This document shows positions 11,293 to 33,999 of a DNA stretch of 64,000 nucleotides, in pieces. The first letter of the stretch is position 1; every line of letters starts with the position of its first letter. Position numbers and translations under genes: made by a program. The stretch comes from Yuukianura sp. NJ FZ-2021 (Eukaryota), in the NCBI GenBank assembly GCA_046563655.1, contig CM102286.1, forward strand, positions 1,922,001-1,986,000, given 5' to 3'. The notes beneath the pieces are model-generated. The model was not told the DNA's origin, did not search any database, and was given only the letters and a program-made list of their open reading frames with translations.

Positions 11293-11763
11293 ACTGGAGT
11301 ACAACCGGATTCTGTAAAAATCTCCAACCCAAACCAATTTGCGACATTTGCTGATTACCAAACTTTTAATCAAAATTTGAGTTACACCAAAGGAATTAAC
11401 CTCGCGGCAAATGTGAAGTTGGCTTGCTGCGTTTGTCCTGTAAGTGAATTCGCCTACAAACACTAAACGATTTTTAATGGTTTGGGTAATTTGTTGACGT
11501 TGTTGTTATTTTAACAGGCGCAACCAAACGGGCAATTCATCATCTACGCCCAGGGATCGTTCTTGAACCACTACAATTCTCATCATTCTCCTAAGGCGAA
11601 GTGTTTCATGTGCCCATTTTGTGCGGAGCAAAGGAGTTTGAGTTCGAAACGCAATTTCAGAGTCCACATCCTTTCGAAACATCGTCATTTGTTGCACACT
11701 CCCGAAGATTGCAAAAAGTTGGAGGATTTGGGATACAGTTTGGAAGACTTCATCACACACTAA
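11293..11763 (+). CDS. Two spliced phase-0 exons (11293-11439, 11518-11763) encoding two C2H2 zinc fingers; no start codon of their own
   Basis: TGVQPDSV...KLACCVCP|AQPNGQFIYAQGSFLNHYNSHHSPKAKCFMCPFCAEQRSLSSKRNFRVHILSKH...DFITH*. Acceptor ttttttag, donor CCT|gtaagt, acceptor ttaacag. Confidence 0.75.
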
Positions 11764-11925
11764 TGGTGATGACCCGAGTTGAGCAAGGTATTACAGTAAG
11801 GTACCAATTTTGGAAACTCCTCTGATTGGCTCCTTCTCATCTCACTCCTCCCACGATTACCGTAAAATTTCTTGTAATGTGCAAAACTGTTACGTAAAAA
11901 GTGTTGGCTTGTTTAACGAGTTTAT

Positions 11926-12325
11926 TTAGGTGAACAAAGCTTTAATTAGCATTTTACACTTCTTAAAACAATTAGCAACTGTAGCAGATTCAATTTCTTC
12001 CCAGGACTCACAAATCATTTCTATACCATTTCTAATTAATAGAAGTGGGAGCTTTCGAAGACCAGCTGAGCCTTTTTTTGATAAAAACTCAAACACTTAG
12101 GTGCCAGAAACCTTGGTCTAGTTCCAATTCAGATAAAATTTAGTCCAATTAATTTACCTTTGCGTTTCCATTGAAACTTATAATTCGGTTTTCTTGCTGG
12201 AATATTTTGCTCACTGTTGCTTTTGTAATTGAATATTGAGCACAGATGTCTTTTCTTGTAGAATTGGTTAACTGTGATAGAATTTTTCGTTTCGTTTCTA
12301 AAGTAAGGAACTTCGACTTTAGCAT
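11926..12325 (-). pseudogene. Internally deleted pogo/Tigger (CENP-B-family) transposase relic
   Basis: MLKSKFLTLETKRKIL...TRKDICAQYSITKATVSKIFQQENRI resembles the HTH_psq/CENP-B N-terminal domain. After stops, it is followed by NGIEMICESWEEIESATVANCFKKC, which resembles the post-DDE motif (W..V...TI.NCF.K). The DDE core is absent. Confidence 0.7.
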
Positions 12326-13103
12326 CGTTAAAGAATAGCCATATAACTAACGATTAACTGTAACTAATTAATAATAAAGAATACCGGGACTACACCTTTA
12401 TCACATGTAAGCAAAAGATTTGTCAACTGTTGGACGCTTACTTGCAAACCAATGTCAATCAATTAAAAACTAATTTAACTTAATTAATCATATACTCAAA
12501 ATTAATGTTGCTGCTAATTTTCGCAACACCAAAAAATAAACTGACTTTGAAATTTATCGCTAAACGTTCATCTTTTCAAATTTTGTGCCTGGGTGGTTTG
12601 GGTGCCTTAGTTCTGGCAAAGGTATATTTTTGAATTACCTATTTCGGGAAGGGAACAAAATCAAAACAACGGAAAACAAAGCAAACAAGAAGAAGGAGAA
12701 CAAATCGGAAATTCGGAAACCATTTAAGTACTACCATGTACTAAACCATGTTCCAGCGTTTTGAGAATTGTATTGTAATTTGAAGAAGCCTAGAAACTCA
12801 TCTGTTCAGGTCATAGGTCACTCTGTCAAGTTCTTGTTACTCGTATTATCATTTATATTTGTAAGTTAGTAATTCATTTTTTGCCCCATTTTAACATTCG
12901 CCCATTCGCCGGGTTCATCAATTTGTTGTTTGTGTTTATGTTTGTAATTTGGCAGGATAATGTTGGCGACTTATCACACAATGAATTGGTTTTTGCTGTA
13001 AAGTGATTGTGCTACTCTGATGAACTTCACAGGCGCTAAGTTATCCAACTGAGGAACGAACAACTAAACAAGAATCGAACACTCATAGTGGCCAGACATC
13101 AAA

Positions 13104-16100
13104 ATGAACACTTCACTGATGAATGGGGGCAATGGTGCTTCCGGAGGTGCGGAAGCGAAGGTTTCAGTGGCAGTGCGAGTTCGACCACTAATTGAAAGAG
13201 AAACTAAACAGAAAGAGGGTAAGTGTTCCAACTGTGAGGTATAAATTGTGGTTATGCATGTGACAGGTTGGAGATAAATTGGATAAATTCTGATTTGTGT
13301 GCACTAGGCGCCGGAATCAATTGGGTGGTGGACCAAAATTTTATTCAGCAGGCTTCGCCCAATACCGATGAAGCTTTGCCTGGTGTAATGCCGTATATGT
13401 TTGACCATGTGTTTTCAATGGAGGACGATACAAAGGAAGTTTACAACACCGTAGTTTCGCCCATTGTTGACCAAGCTTTCAGTGGTTTCAACGGCACTGT
13501 TCTCTGCTATGGACAAACTTCATCCGGTAAGTATTGATCTCATTTGTAAATTGTTTTTAGTTTTTTTTTACTTTTTCATTTTAACTTTTAGGGAAAACTT
13601 TCACTTTGTACGGCAGTGAACGTGAAAACGGTATCCTGTCTCTCACTGCCCGACACTTGTTCAAACGTATTTCTGAGGATAAGGACAGAACGTACATGGT
13701 CCGGTGAGTTTGTCTTTTCGGCTTGAATAACTTTTTTCCTGGACTTTTCTGGATTTCTTAACATTTTTCTTTCACTTTTGGATTTTATTCCTTCAGGCTA
13801 GGTCTAATTGAAATCTACAACGAGAAGGTTTCGGATCTTCTCAGCGCTCAGCAGAAGGAAATCGCCATTGTAGAAATAAATGGATGCATTGTGCCAAAGG
13901 AGCTGGAGGAGATTGAAATTTTTAAACCCGAAGACATGCTGGCAGCGATGCAGCAAGTTCAGAAACGTCGTAGGGTTGGAGAAACTCGAATGAACCAAGA
14001 CAGTTCCAGGTCTCACACCATCATGAGAATTTTGCTTGAAAGTGTCCCCAAAGCGGAGGAAATCCAAGAAAACGTCAAAGTCACCGTCACCACGGCTCTT
14101 CTCAACTTCGTTGATCTCGCTGGCTCTGAGAAAGTGTCACAAACGTGTGCCGTTGGAGAACGTTTCAAGGAAGCAACACACATCAACCGATCGTTGTCTG
14201 TTCTTTCTCAAGTTGTGATGCAATTGAGTCAAGATGAGCCTACTACAACCAGTGGAAGTCATTTACCATCGAGTGTTACCCCTGGTATGTCAAAAGTTGG
14301 TAGTTCAATTACTAACTCTTCCAACTCTACCACCAAGAAGACTACTAGCAAGTACGTCAACTACCGAGATAGTAAGCTCACCAGGATACTTCAGAGTTCT
14401 TTGAGCGGCAATGCCTATATTGCAATGATTTGCACCGTAACGCCTGCGAGTATCGAGGAGACCATTTCTACGCTTCGGTAAGCTATGGACTAACTATTAT
14501 TGTTCTACGTCCTCATCTTAAACGCTTAGAATGCTGATCAGCTGATCTGGTAACGTGAAATCTGAAATGCTTAATTTTTTGAAAAATGCTTGCAGATTTG
14601 CGAGAACTGCGAAGAAGATTCAGACTAAACCGAAGGCCAACCATAAACTCGCGTCTGATTCTGAATATCAACAAAAAATACTGGATCTTCAACAAACCTT
14701 GGATGTAAATCATTCCATTTTCTTAGTATAATTTGTTTCATAATTTTAAATTTTGTTCTACTCTTTTCTCTTTTCAGAGTAAGACGTATGAACTCCAAAG
14801 CAAGACGAATGAAGTGGATGATCTGAAACGCCGTTTGGAGATTTTCATGAAATTCTCTGCTCATCCTAGAGTCCTAGAATCTCAGAATCCAAGTGGCCAA
14901 GCTGTGCCAACACTTGATGTAAGTTAGTGAACTACAACTAATGCTTTTTAAGCAATCGTTACATTTTATTCTATTTGTGTCACAGATGAGACGAAAAACG
15001 ATTTGCTCAAGCTTATTACCACGAAGAGACCAGATCACCTTACCCTGTCTTTCTTTACAATCAATTACGGAGGACGGGATATTCCAAATACCGAACAAAC
15101 CACCACCAATGTCCAAGAAACGAAGTTCTTGTGGTGATTTTTCATCTCCATTTCAAAGTGAAAGTAAGTGACATTTTTGTGATTTTTGAATATTTGAAGT
15201 ACTTTCTTTATACTGGCAACTTTCGGTTGTACTTGCTACTTGCGTTACTTGAATTTAATTACTTCACTTTGTAAACATGTTTTGAATCTGTAGAGTTCAT
15301 GACAGATGAACAAGCGAGGAATCTCTTGGATAAAGGTGAAAAGACACGTTTAGAAGAATTTACTTATTCTTCGGTGACGAAGAAACCGAAATTCATTGAG
15401 ACGGGTGACGCCGAATCACAGACTGATCCAGAGCCATACATGTAAATACTAGAAACGTTGAAAAAAAATTCTGAAAATGTGTTTCTGAAATGGATTTATT
15501 GTGTGATTTTAGACCAGAAGCAAAGCGACTGCGCCTGGAAACAACTCATCCGCCAGGGACTCCTCCAAGTGTACTTCGGTTGCAACGTTCTCACTTACGT
15601 TTAGCTTGCGAGGAAGAAATTCAGGAGAAGGCAGAATTGAAGGCGTTCCATTCCAGGGAAATTGACGTCCTACATCAACAAGTTTCAATTTTGGAGGAGG
15701 CTCTCGCCGCATCTGAGGCCAAGTGCAAGGAAATGCAAGAAATTTTTGAAATGTTCAGCGACGGAAACTTCTCTGCCCTTCTGACTGAGCTGAAAAATTC
15801 CATTGAGCGTGAAACTCAAGATGCTTCTACTGAAACTGAAGAAACTGAACAGGAGACTAGGCGAGTAGAAACTTCAGATTTTGAAGTGATGGTTGGAGTT
15901 CCGATGGACAGAATTGCTCATTCGTCAACAGAAACGGATTCTATCGAGCAGCGGGACTTTGGAGCCACTGTCGGAACTTCACTGGTAAACCTTCGTGATT
16001 CTTCGACCGAAACAACGAAAGTCGAAAAGCAAGATTTTGGAGCCATGGCGTTCGTGCCACCTCTAACAACAGAAACTTCAACGGAAACAGATCTTGAAAT

Positions 16101-18584
16101 TCCTGAAGTTGTGAAGTCAGTAGAAGTTCGTGAAGCTTCTACAGATACGGAATGCCTTGAAGTGGAAATAGAATGCAAAAGAAGTCGTGTTGAGACCACT
16201 GATTGCGGAATTATGGTTGGAATTCCAATGCATAAACTTGCCGACTCATCCACAGCAACGGAATCAGTTGAACTGCGGGACTTTGGCGCCACTGCTGGAA
16301 CTTCTCTAGTAAACATCCGTGACTCTTGGACAGAACCTCAAGTTACTAAAATTACCACTCAAGACTTTGGAGCAATGGTGTACATCCCGCCAATGACATG
16401 TGAAGCTTCAACGGAAACAGAAACAGCATCATCAGTACCATCAGCAGTAGAAGTTCATGAAGTGGCCACTGAAACAGGAATTTTTGAAATTGAAAAGGAA
16501 AGTATCCGGGTCCAGACAGCTGATTGTGGAGTAATGGCGGGAGTTCCGATGTTTGGACTTGCTGATGCTACGACCGAAACGGAATTCGTTGCTGAACCGG
16601 AAGTCCGACCCGAAACAACGGAACGAGGAGTAATGGCTGGTGTTGGCATGGACAGATTCTGCGACTCGTCAACTGGAACAGAACTGGTTGAGCAGCGAGA
16701 CTTTGGAGCTACTGCTGGAGCTTCACTAATAAATGTCTGTGACTCGTGGACAGAAACTGCCAAAATTGAAACTCAAGAAGTTGGAATACTGGCAGTAGCT
16801 TCAACTGCTGACGTTTCAACAGAAACTGCCACAATTCTAACTCAAGAAATGGGAATGTTGGCGGTAGCTACGACTTCTGAATCTTGGACGGAAACGACCA
16901 AGGTTGAAACTAAAGATTTTGGAGTAACGGCACTGATTTTGCCCTCAACTTGTGAAACTTCAACGGAAACTAAAGTTCAAAGTCGAGATTCTGGAGTAAT
17001 GGCAGTGACAGAAACTTCTGAATGTTCAACAGAAACAATCCGGGTTGAAACTAAACATTCTGCCAGCATGACCACTACTGTCCGAACTTGCGACTCTTCG
17101 ACAGCAACTGTTCCTGTGGAAGCAGTTAAAGTACGTGAGGCGTCTACAGAAACTACGTTTACTGAAGCAGGTCAAGGTCAAGGTCACTCTAGCACAACTG
17201 CTACAGCTACACAAGCTCAAGCTCCGCGGAGAACTGTAAACAGAGATGCTCAAACGATGGACGACAGTGACTACAACAGTAACACAGTTTAACATTTGTG
17301 TTTTTTTTCAAAGACTTTTTAACATAACTTTTTCAAAATTTGAAGGCACTAAACATGAATTTTTTTTTCAAATTTTCATTTCAGCTCTGGTGAAATCTTG
17401 TCACAACGAACGCCTCAAACGGAAAACGTTACAGGCAGCAATGGGCTCCGCTGCGCGAAAGTTCGATGCCAAGTTGGAAGTTGAGAAGAAGCGAATTGCT
17501 GAGTTGGAGAGACAAATGGTCCTGAAAGAATCGGAGGTAAGTTGTTATGTAATTTTTTCGTAAAACTGAAATTGTACTTCGTTAATCGATCAATTTCTCA
17601 CAAGAAAGGGTTTTGAATTTTCAGAAGGAGAATTTACAACTTCAAATTACTGTGATCGAAAAGAATTACCGAGAACAGAAGCCCAAGGTAAACAAACATA
17701 ACTTAGAACTGAGAGTAAACAGAACATAATTGAATTTAATGGGAAATCTTTATGTTTTGAATAGAGTTCAAAGGAAATTCAGTGCGATGTTATGAAAGGT
17801 CAACTGGAAAAAGCTATGCAAGGAACAACAGGCATGTTACCTGAAGGTTATCCTAAGGTGGATCAAATGGCCTCTGAAATTAGCTCACTTAAGCGAGAAT
17901 TGTACGTTTCTGCGCTGGATAGACAAAAGAAAGCGAAAGAAGAAGAAGCCATGATGAGACAAATGTAAGAAAAGTTTAAATTGCAGTAATTTTCAAGATG
18001 ATTTTCAAATTGAACTTTTTGGATGTTAATTTGGATGCTTTTTTTGAACTTATTAGTGGGCATGGGCAAAATAATGGACAACAATTTTTCAAAAAACCGG
18101 ATCTGTTGATAGAAAAGGAGGCAGAAGAGAAGTCAAAAGCGAGAGCGGCGTATGTTGAAGACGTTAATTGCAAAGTTAAAAGTGTTAATGATCAATTAAG
18201 TTTAATTTTGATTTGATTTTTGATTCTAGGAGTCTTAATGTCACTGAGAGGAGAGTTTTACGTTCAACTACCAGAGCCACTCGTTCCATCCTGGCACCTT
18301 CCTCTGAAAGTCGTTTGAATGAACCGCCATTGGTGTTTGCTTCTTCATCGTCATCTTCTTCTGACATTACAAAACAAAACACATTTGGTCCAGACAATCA
18401 TCTCGTAGAACCACCCGCTAAACTACAAAAGAAAACTTATACAAAAGTGGAAGACGTGTCAAAAATGGACGCTTCAAATGCTGCGAGGCCCGTGAAACCA
18501 GTAAGCTTAACATCGTTTAGCGGAAGTGGACGTCCTGGGCCCAAGTTGCCCAGCGATTATGAAAAACTGTTTGAAGATTTCTAA
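13104..18584 (+). CDS. CENP-E-like kinesin-7, copy 2 (full length): motor, short coiled coil, Thr/Glu-rich repeat exon, coiled coil and basic Ser-rich tail
   Basis: Same motor motifs as copy 1. About 14 exons (13104-13218, 13308-13526, 13592-13703, 13797-14477, 14596-14704, 14778-14918, 14986-15163, 15293-15441, 15512 to about 17266, 17385-17536, 17625-17687, 17765-17964, 18057-18149, 18230-18584). Some boundaries are approximate. Confidence 0.85.
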
Positions 18585-19378
18585 ACTTATGAACAGAGGA
18601 ACGCGATTGATCACTTTTTGCTGCAAAAACGTAATCAGACTGAGGTAGAATTTCTAATTTCTTAGGAACTAATTAGAACAAATTCATTACGCAGTTTAAC
18701 TTACTTCTACCAAAAAAACTAAACAAATACTTGCTTACTTTTATAACGTTAAACTTTGGTCTTACTTTTTCTAAAATTCTAACATTGTTAACCAGTTATT
18801 GCTCTTTCTGCTGTGCTTTGTAATGCTTATTGAGTTTTAGGCTCAACATTACATTTCTTACCATACGTACGTTATTCTTGCAACTTTACTTGGATTTACC
18901 CATTGTTAAGTGTTAAATTAAAGTCAGAGTTTAATACGGGAACGTGCCGTAAATCGGAGGAATTGAGTCGGTGACGCTAACTATTACATACTAAATTTTG
19001 AGTATGGTTGAAGGTTGAATTTTCATGGAGTGAGTGTGTTGTTTGAAGTTATGGGGATTAATTATAATAATCCTATTGTCATTTGAAGAGGATGAAAGGC
19101 GGAGATGACGCTGCGCGATGAGACTTCGATTTCCTGATTTTTCATTATGATTCCGATAAAGCCGCTAACCAGTACCACCGCTTCCTCTGCTTTTCTAGCG
19201 CAAAAACACGATGGTGCGGTAGCAGAATTTTGGCAGAAGAGGGAGAGTGTGATTACTACTACAGTAATGAAAAATTATGCAGAACGATCTTGCGCAACGA
19301 ATATTTTTCATAATTTTCTTCGATTTCGCTCACTCGTGGCCTTAGTTTTAGTCATTTAGAATTCAAGGTAAGCTTTAA

Positions 19379-19554
19379 CGATTGTCATTGTAGCCATACA
19401 GTGTAGCCTCCCTGGCCATCTTGTATGGCTACAACGAGTTGCGACATTTGCAGCTGCTCAAACCTAAAGCGGCAAAATAACATAAGTAGCCGCAAAGCGT
19501 AGCCACCCATTGTAGCAGCAAAGTAGCTACATCTTGCGGCTGCAATGGCAATCG
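19379..19554. mobile_element. TTAA-flanked palindromic MITE (family also at 47239-47433, partial at 24909 to about 25050)
   Basis: TTAA|CGATTGTCATTGTAGCC...GGCTGCAATGGCAATCG|TTAA, with internal TGTAGCC/GGCTACA subrepeats. Confidence 0.8.
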
Positions 19555-20502
19555 TTAAATCTTCCCCTAACCCCCTTAGTTTCTTTATAATTAGGGTAAA
19601 AATCGTCGTCTAAAAATATGTAATTAAAATAATGATTCTTTGAATTACTGTAACTTGAAAATTTTGTTGAAATAGTTTTTAAGTTCAAATCAACTAGCTG
19701 AAAAAGTTGAAAACGTGGGCGGGCTGCAGCGACTCATTTTTAATTTATTAAATTTAAGAATTGCAAATCATTTTTATTCCGTAATTTTTCTTACCGTAAC
19801 ATCAACATAATACATACGTAGAATGAAAACCAAAATTCCAAGTTAAATGAAGTATTCGATTACTTAGGGGTGATTTTAATCGATTAAAAAGGGTGTTAAT
19901 GACTGAATACGGTGGGAAGTGCTTGGTAAGTGCGGTATTGGGGGATTTGTGAGGAGAAGTTGACGCATTGCAGGTATCATGGTGGACCAATCCGGATTCC
20001 TCCTCCCGTCTCAATCCACCCCACCACAACTAGTTCCCCACTCTTTAAGGCTGGAGAGGGGTCAAAGGGGGGCAGGGGAGCCGATTGACCTCTGCCGAAC
20101 GATGACCTATGACCCCTTGATGTCACTAGCTGGAGATGACCTGTGGTGACCTTTAGTGTCCGGGTGAAGTGGGGTCGGGTAATGGGAATGGAGGGGCTTT
20201 GGTTGTGTTGCAGTGCAGTGGTTTAGGGTGGCTCTGCAGAGGAGGGAGAGAGGCGGAGTTTCCGTACTCAAATCATTATCCGTCGTCTTCAGCCACCACC
20301 ACCACAACAAGTTGGAACTTTAGTTGGAGTTTGTTCGTCTGGCGTATCGGATACACTTTCTTCTATCTCTCGTCGCTTACCCGGTGGTGGTCATCTCCAG
20401 GAATTCCAGGAATTTGGACGTTCCGAAGTACCCCTTCTGTGATTTCCAGAACACCACTCCCTACGTTAACGGCGAAACCGCTACCCGTATCTCTCAGAGA
20501 AA

Positions 20503-29719
<9,217 letters not shown>

Positions 29720-32600
29720 ATCCCTCAAGACAGAACTATAAGAATTTTTTGTGTTTCGAGTGCGAGAGAGAGGACACATTTTAGTATGAGAAATCTTGTT
29801 TTGAATGAATGGAGAAGGCTGGAGATGAAAAATTTATGGAAAGGGATGTAAAAAATGTTATGTAATCTACAAAAACTAAATAACATACATGTAACTCTCG
29901 TTAAACTACAAGAGTGAGAGAGGGAAGTAACCATCAAGGAGGATTGATTCATCAAAAGCACTTAAATGTTATTATTATAATTCTAAATTGTAATATTTGC
30001 AAAAAATTTACTACTGAAATGTTATAAAAGAAAGAGAGGTCCTCTGTTGTAAAAGTTTTGGTTTTCGTTTGTTTTTGGTTTCTTTGGTTTTGATTTTTAT
30101 GATTAGAAGGTAAAAGTACAGTACGATCATAAACGATACTAAAAAAAACTTAGGGGTTACTATAACGTGTTAAATTTTAAGCAGTGTGGTAAAGTGACAT
30201 TTTAGTAACGTCAATGTGTTGTTCCAAACTTGATAAAGTTTTGACTTTGTTTTGGTTTTTGGTAGTGCGTTGTAATGCACACTTTTAAATGGTAAAATTT
30301 TCATATCCTTTTTAAGTTTTCAAATTTTTTGAGAGCTTTTAGGAGTTAATACTAAATTTTAGAACTTTTTTTTTCTTTTAATTTTTTCGAAAATTGGAAA
30401 ACACGTACTACTTTTGTTGTTGCGTAACACACACACGTCACTAAATTTTAAAAGTTACTTAAATCGCTGCTCCTTTGAGGGTTAACCGCTCCAACTTCTG
30501 CTGAGGAGGTCAAAGGTGACGTGTCTTCTTGAGAAATTTCTGTATCTATCTTTAAACTACTTTAACACAGATTAGCGTATGATCTGTGCAGAGTTAAAGT
30601 GTAAAACGTGCTTTTAATTGGCAATTTCTTGGCTTAAATGTGTCATTTCGGATCCGGATTTGGGCGGAAACTTACGAGACATTCGAAATTCAAAAAAAAA
30701 AGTTTTTGAATGTTTGTGTTTTGAAGAATTCGGGCTTTCGCTTGCTTTACAAAATTTTTTTAAAAATAATCCTGCGTATTAACGTGCAAAATTTTGACCG
30801 ACTTTTTTGATTGGTCGCTGTAAGACCGCGGGAATTTTTGATTGGTCGTTTTGTGAACTCTGGTGGTTTTTTGATTGCTTGAACTTTGAACTGTGACGTG
30901 AGTTACAGTTGTTTTCGAATGTCTCAAAGTTCAATCGAAAATTGATTGAAACGCGTAACGGATTCCGTTTTTAACTTTGAATTTAAAAAAAGAAGTAAGT
31001 TTTTGCTGAAACCGTCAATTTTGCGTCAAAATTGGCAGAATTTTGGCAGTCGAATTGCTACTTACACAATGAAAATCAATAATTGTCTTTTTTGTGGAAT
31101 TGACATCATCGCTTTTGTCTTTTTAGGTGTCACTTGTTGGACTTTTGAGACACTTCTTTTTGGGTGTGGAAAAAGTGCATAACGTTTTGACCTTAACTGT
31201 CTAAGGACTAAATATTGGATTTTTAGGGCAGGGGAAGTTGTAAGGTCATTTGGCAGCATTTACAAAAACATTAGATTAACAAGCGGCTAAATCTTAAGAA
31301 AAAACACTATTTCCGTTTTTCAAAAAAACGCTCACTCAAGTACTAACAAAAGCAAAATGGCTGACATGCGATATACGGGAAATAGTTGCTAAAATTGGAA
31401 GTATGAAGAGTTTTTTTAAGTTTGTTCACGGAATGAGTGAGTTTGTCTGTCTGTCTGTCTGTCCATTTACACAGTTCTTAAAATGCAGTACAATTCCAAC
31501 ATTTGCTTGTACAAATTGTAATGTACGATGTTGTTGGAATTTTGGACGAAAAAGTTGTGAGGAATGGACACATTTAATTGGTTTAAGTTAACGTGAGAAA
31601 TGAGCTAAAACTGGAAGAGAGTTAATTAAAAACTATGCTGCAGAATCCGTACCGGTTTAAAACTTAATTGAAAAAAGTTTGAGTAGAAAAGTCTCAAAGT
31701 CCCTAATGTGTAGATTCATATGTTAATAAAAACATACTTTTAGAAACAAAAAAAATGTTTAGTCTGTAAAACTAAAATAGTTAACTTGAAAAACTTTGAT
31801 TTCTTGAACACACAAGACATGAAACAGTTTTATCCAAGACTATGAAACACTATCCTACAATCTCTGAAATTTGCGAACTAATTTGCACTTACGCTAAAAA
31901 AATCAAAAAATTTGAGTTGTGAAAATCGTTGTTCGCTTTAAATCGAAATGAATTCGAGACGGAAACGAGTACACAGTACCGAGTTGTGTACCGTATCGGA
32001 TTCGAAGGAACTTTAAACTAATATTTTAGCGCTAAATGTTGTTAAATTTTCCGGGATTGTAAAACTCCTGTTTAAAAAATCAAACAATAATTAGAATTGG
32101 TTCCATAATATAAAAACTCTCATTGTCAGTGTGTTTAAAATCTTTCTTTCTCACCTGTCTGTCTTTGTGTAATTACGGTAATCATAATCTAACTTACTAT
32201 ACGAGTCACCTTATCAATCCACGTGATTTTTCGCCCTGTCTGGAAACTAAACTGATGAGAAAAAACTTATTCCAATTATGATTCAAGTTATAATGAAGAG
32301 TTATAAATTAATATTAATTATAACCTAAATGGCTTTAACTAATAAAATTTGGAAAATTATAAAAAGTATTACCTCGGATTTTGTCATTTTTTGAATCGTC
32401 GCATGTGAAAAAGTGATTTGGCAAATGAAGCAATAAGTTTACAAGATAAATCGTTTTACACTAAATATTGGCTTATTTTTGACAGAATTTTTAATAGACC
32501 GACCAATCCAGGACTTTCGATCAGAGAAATGTTAGGACATAGTTGAATAATTAATTACTTTTGGAGTAGAATAAAGTATGAATTGACCTATTCCTTATCA

Positions 32601-33999
<1,399 letters not shown>

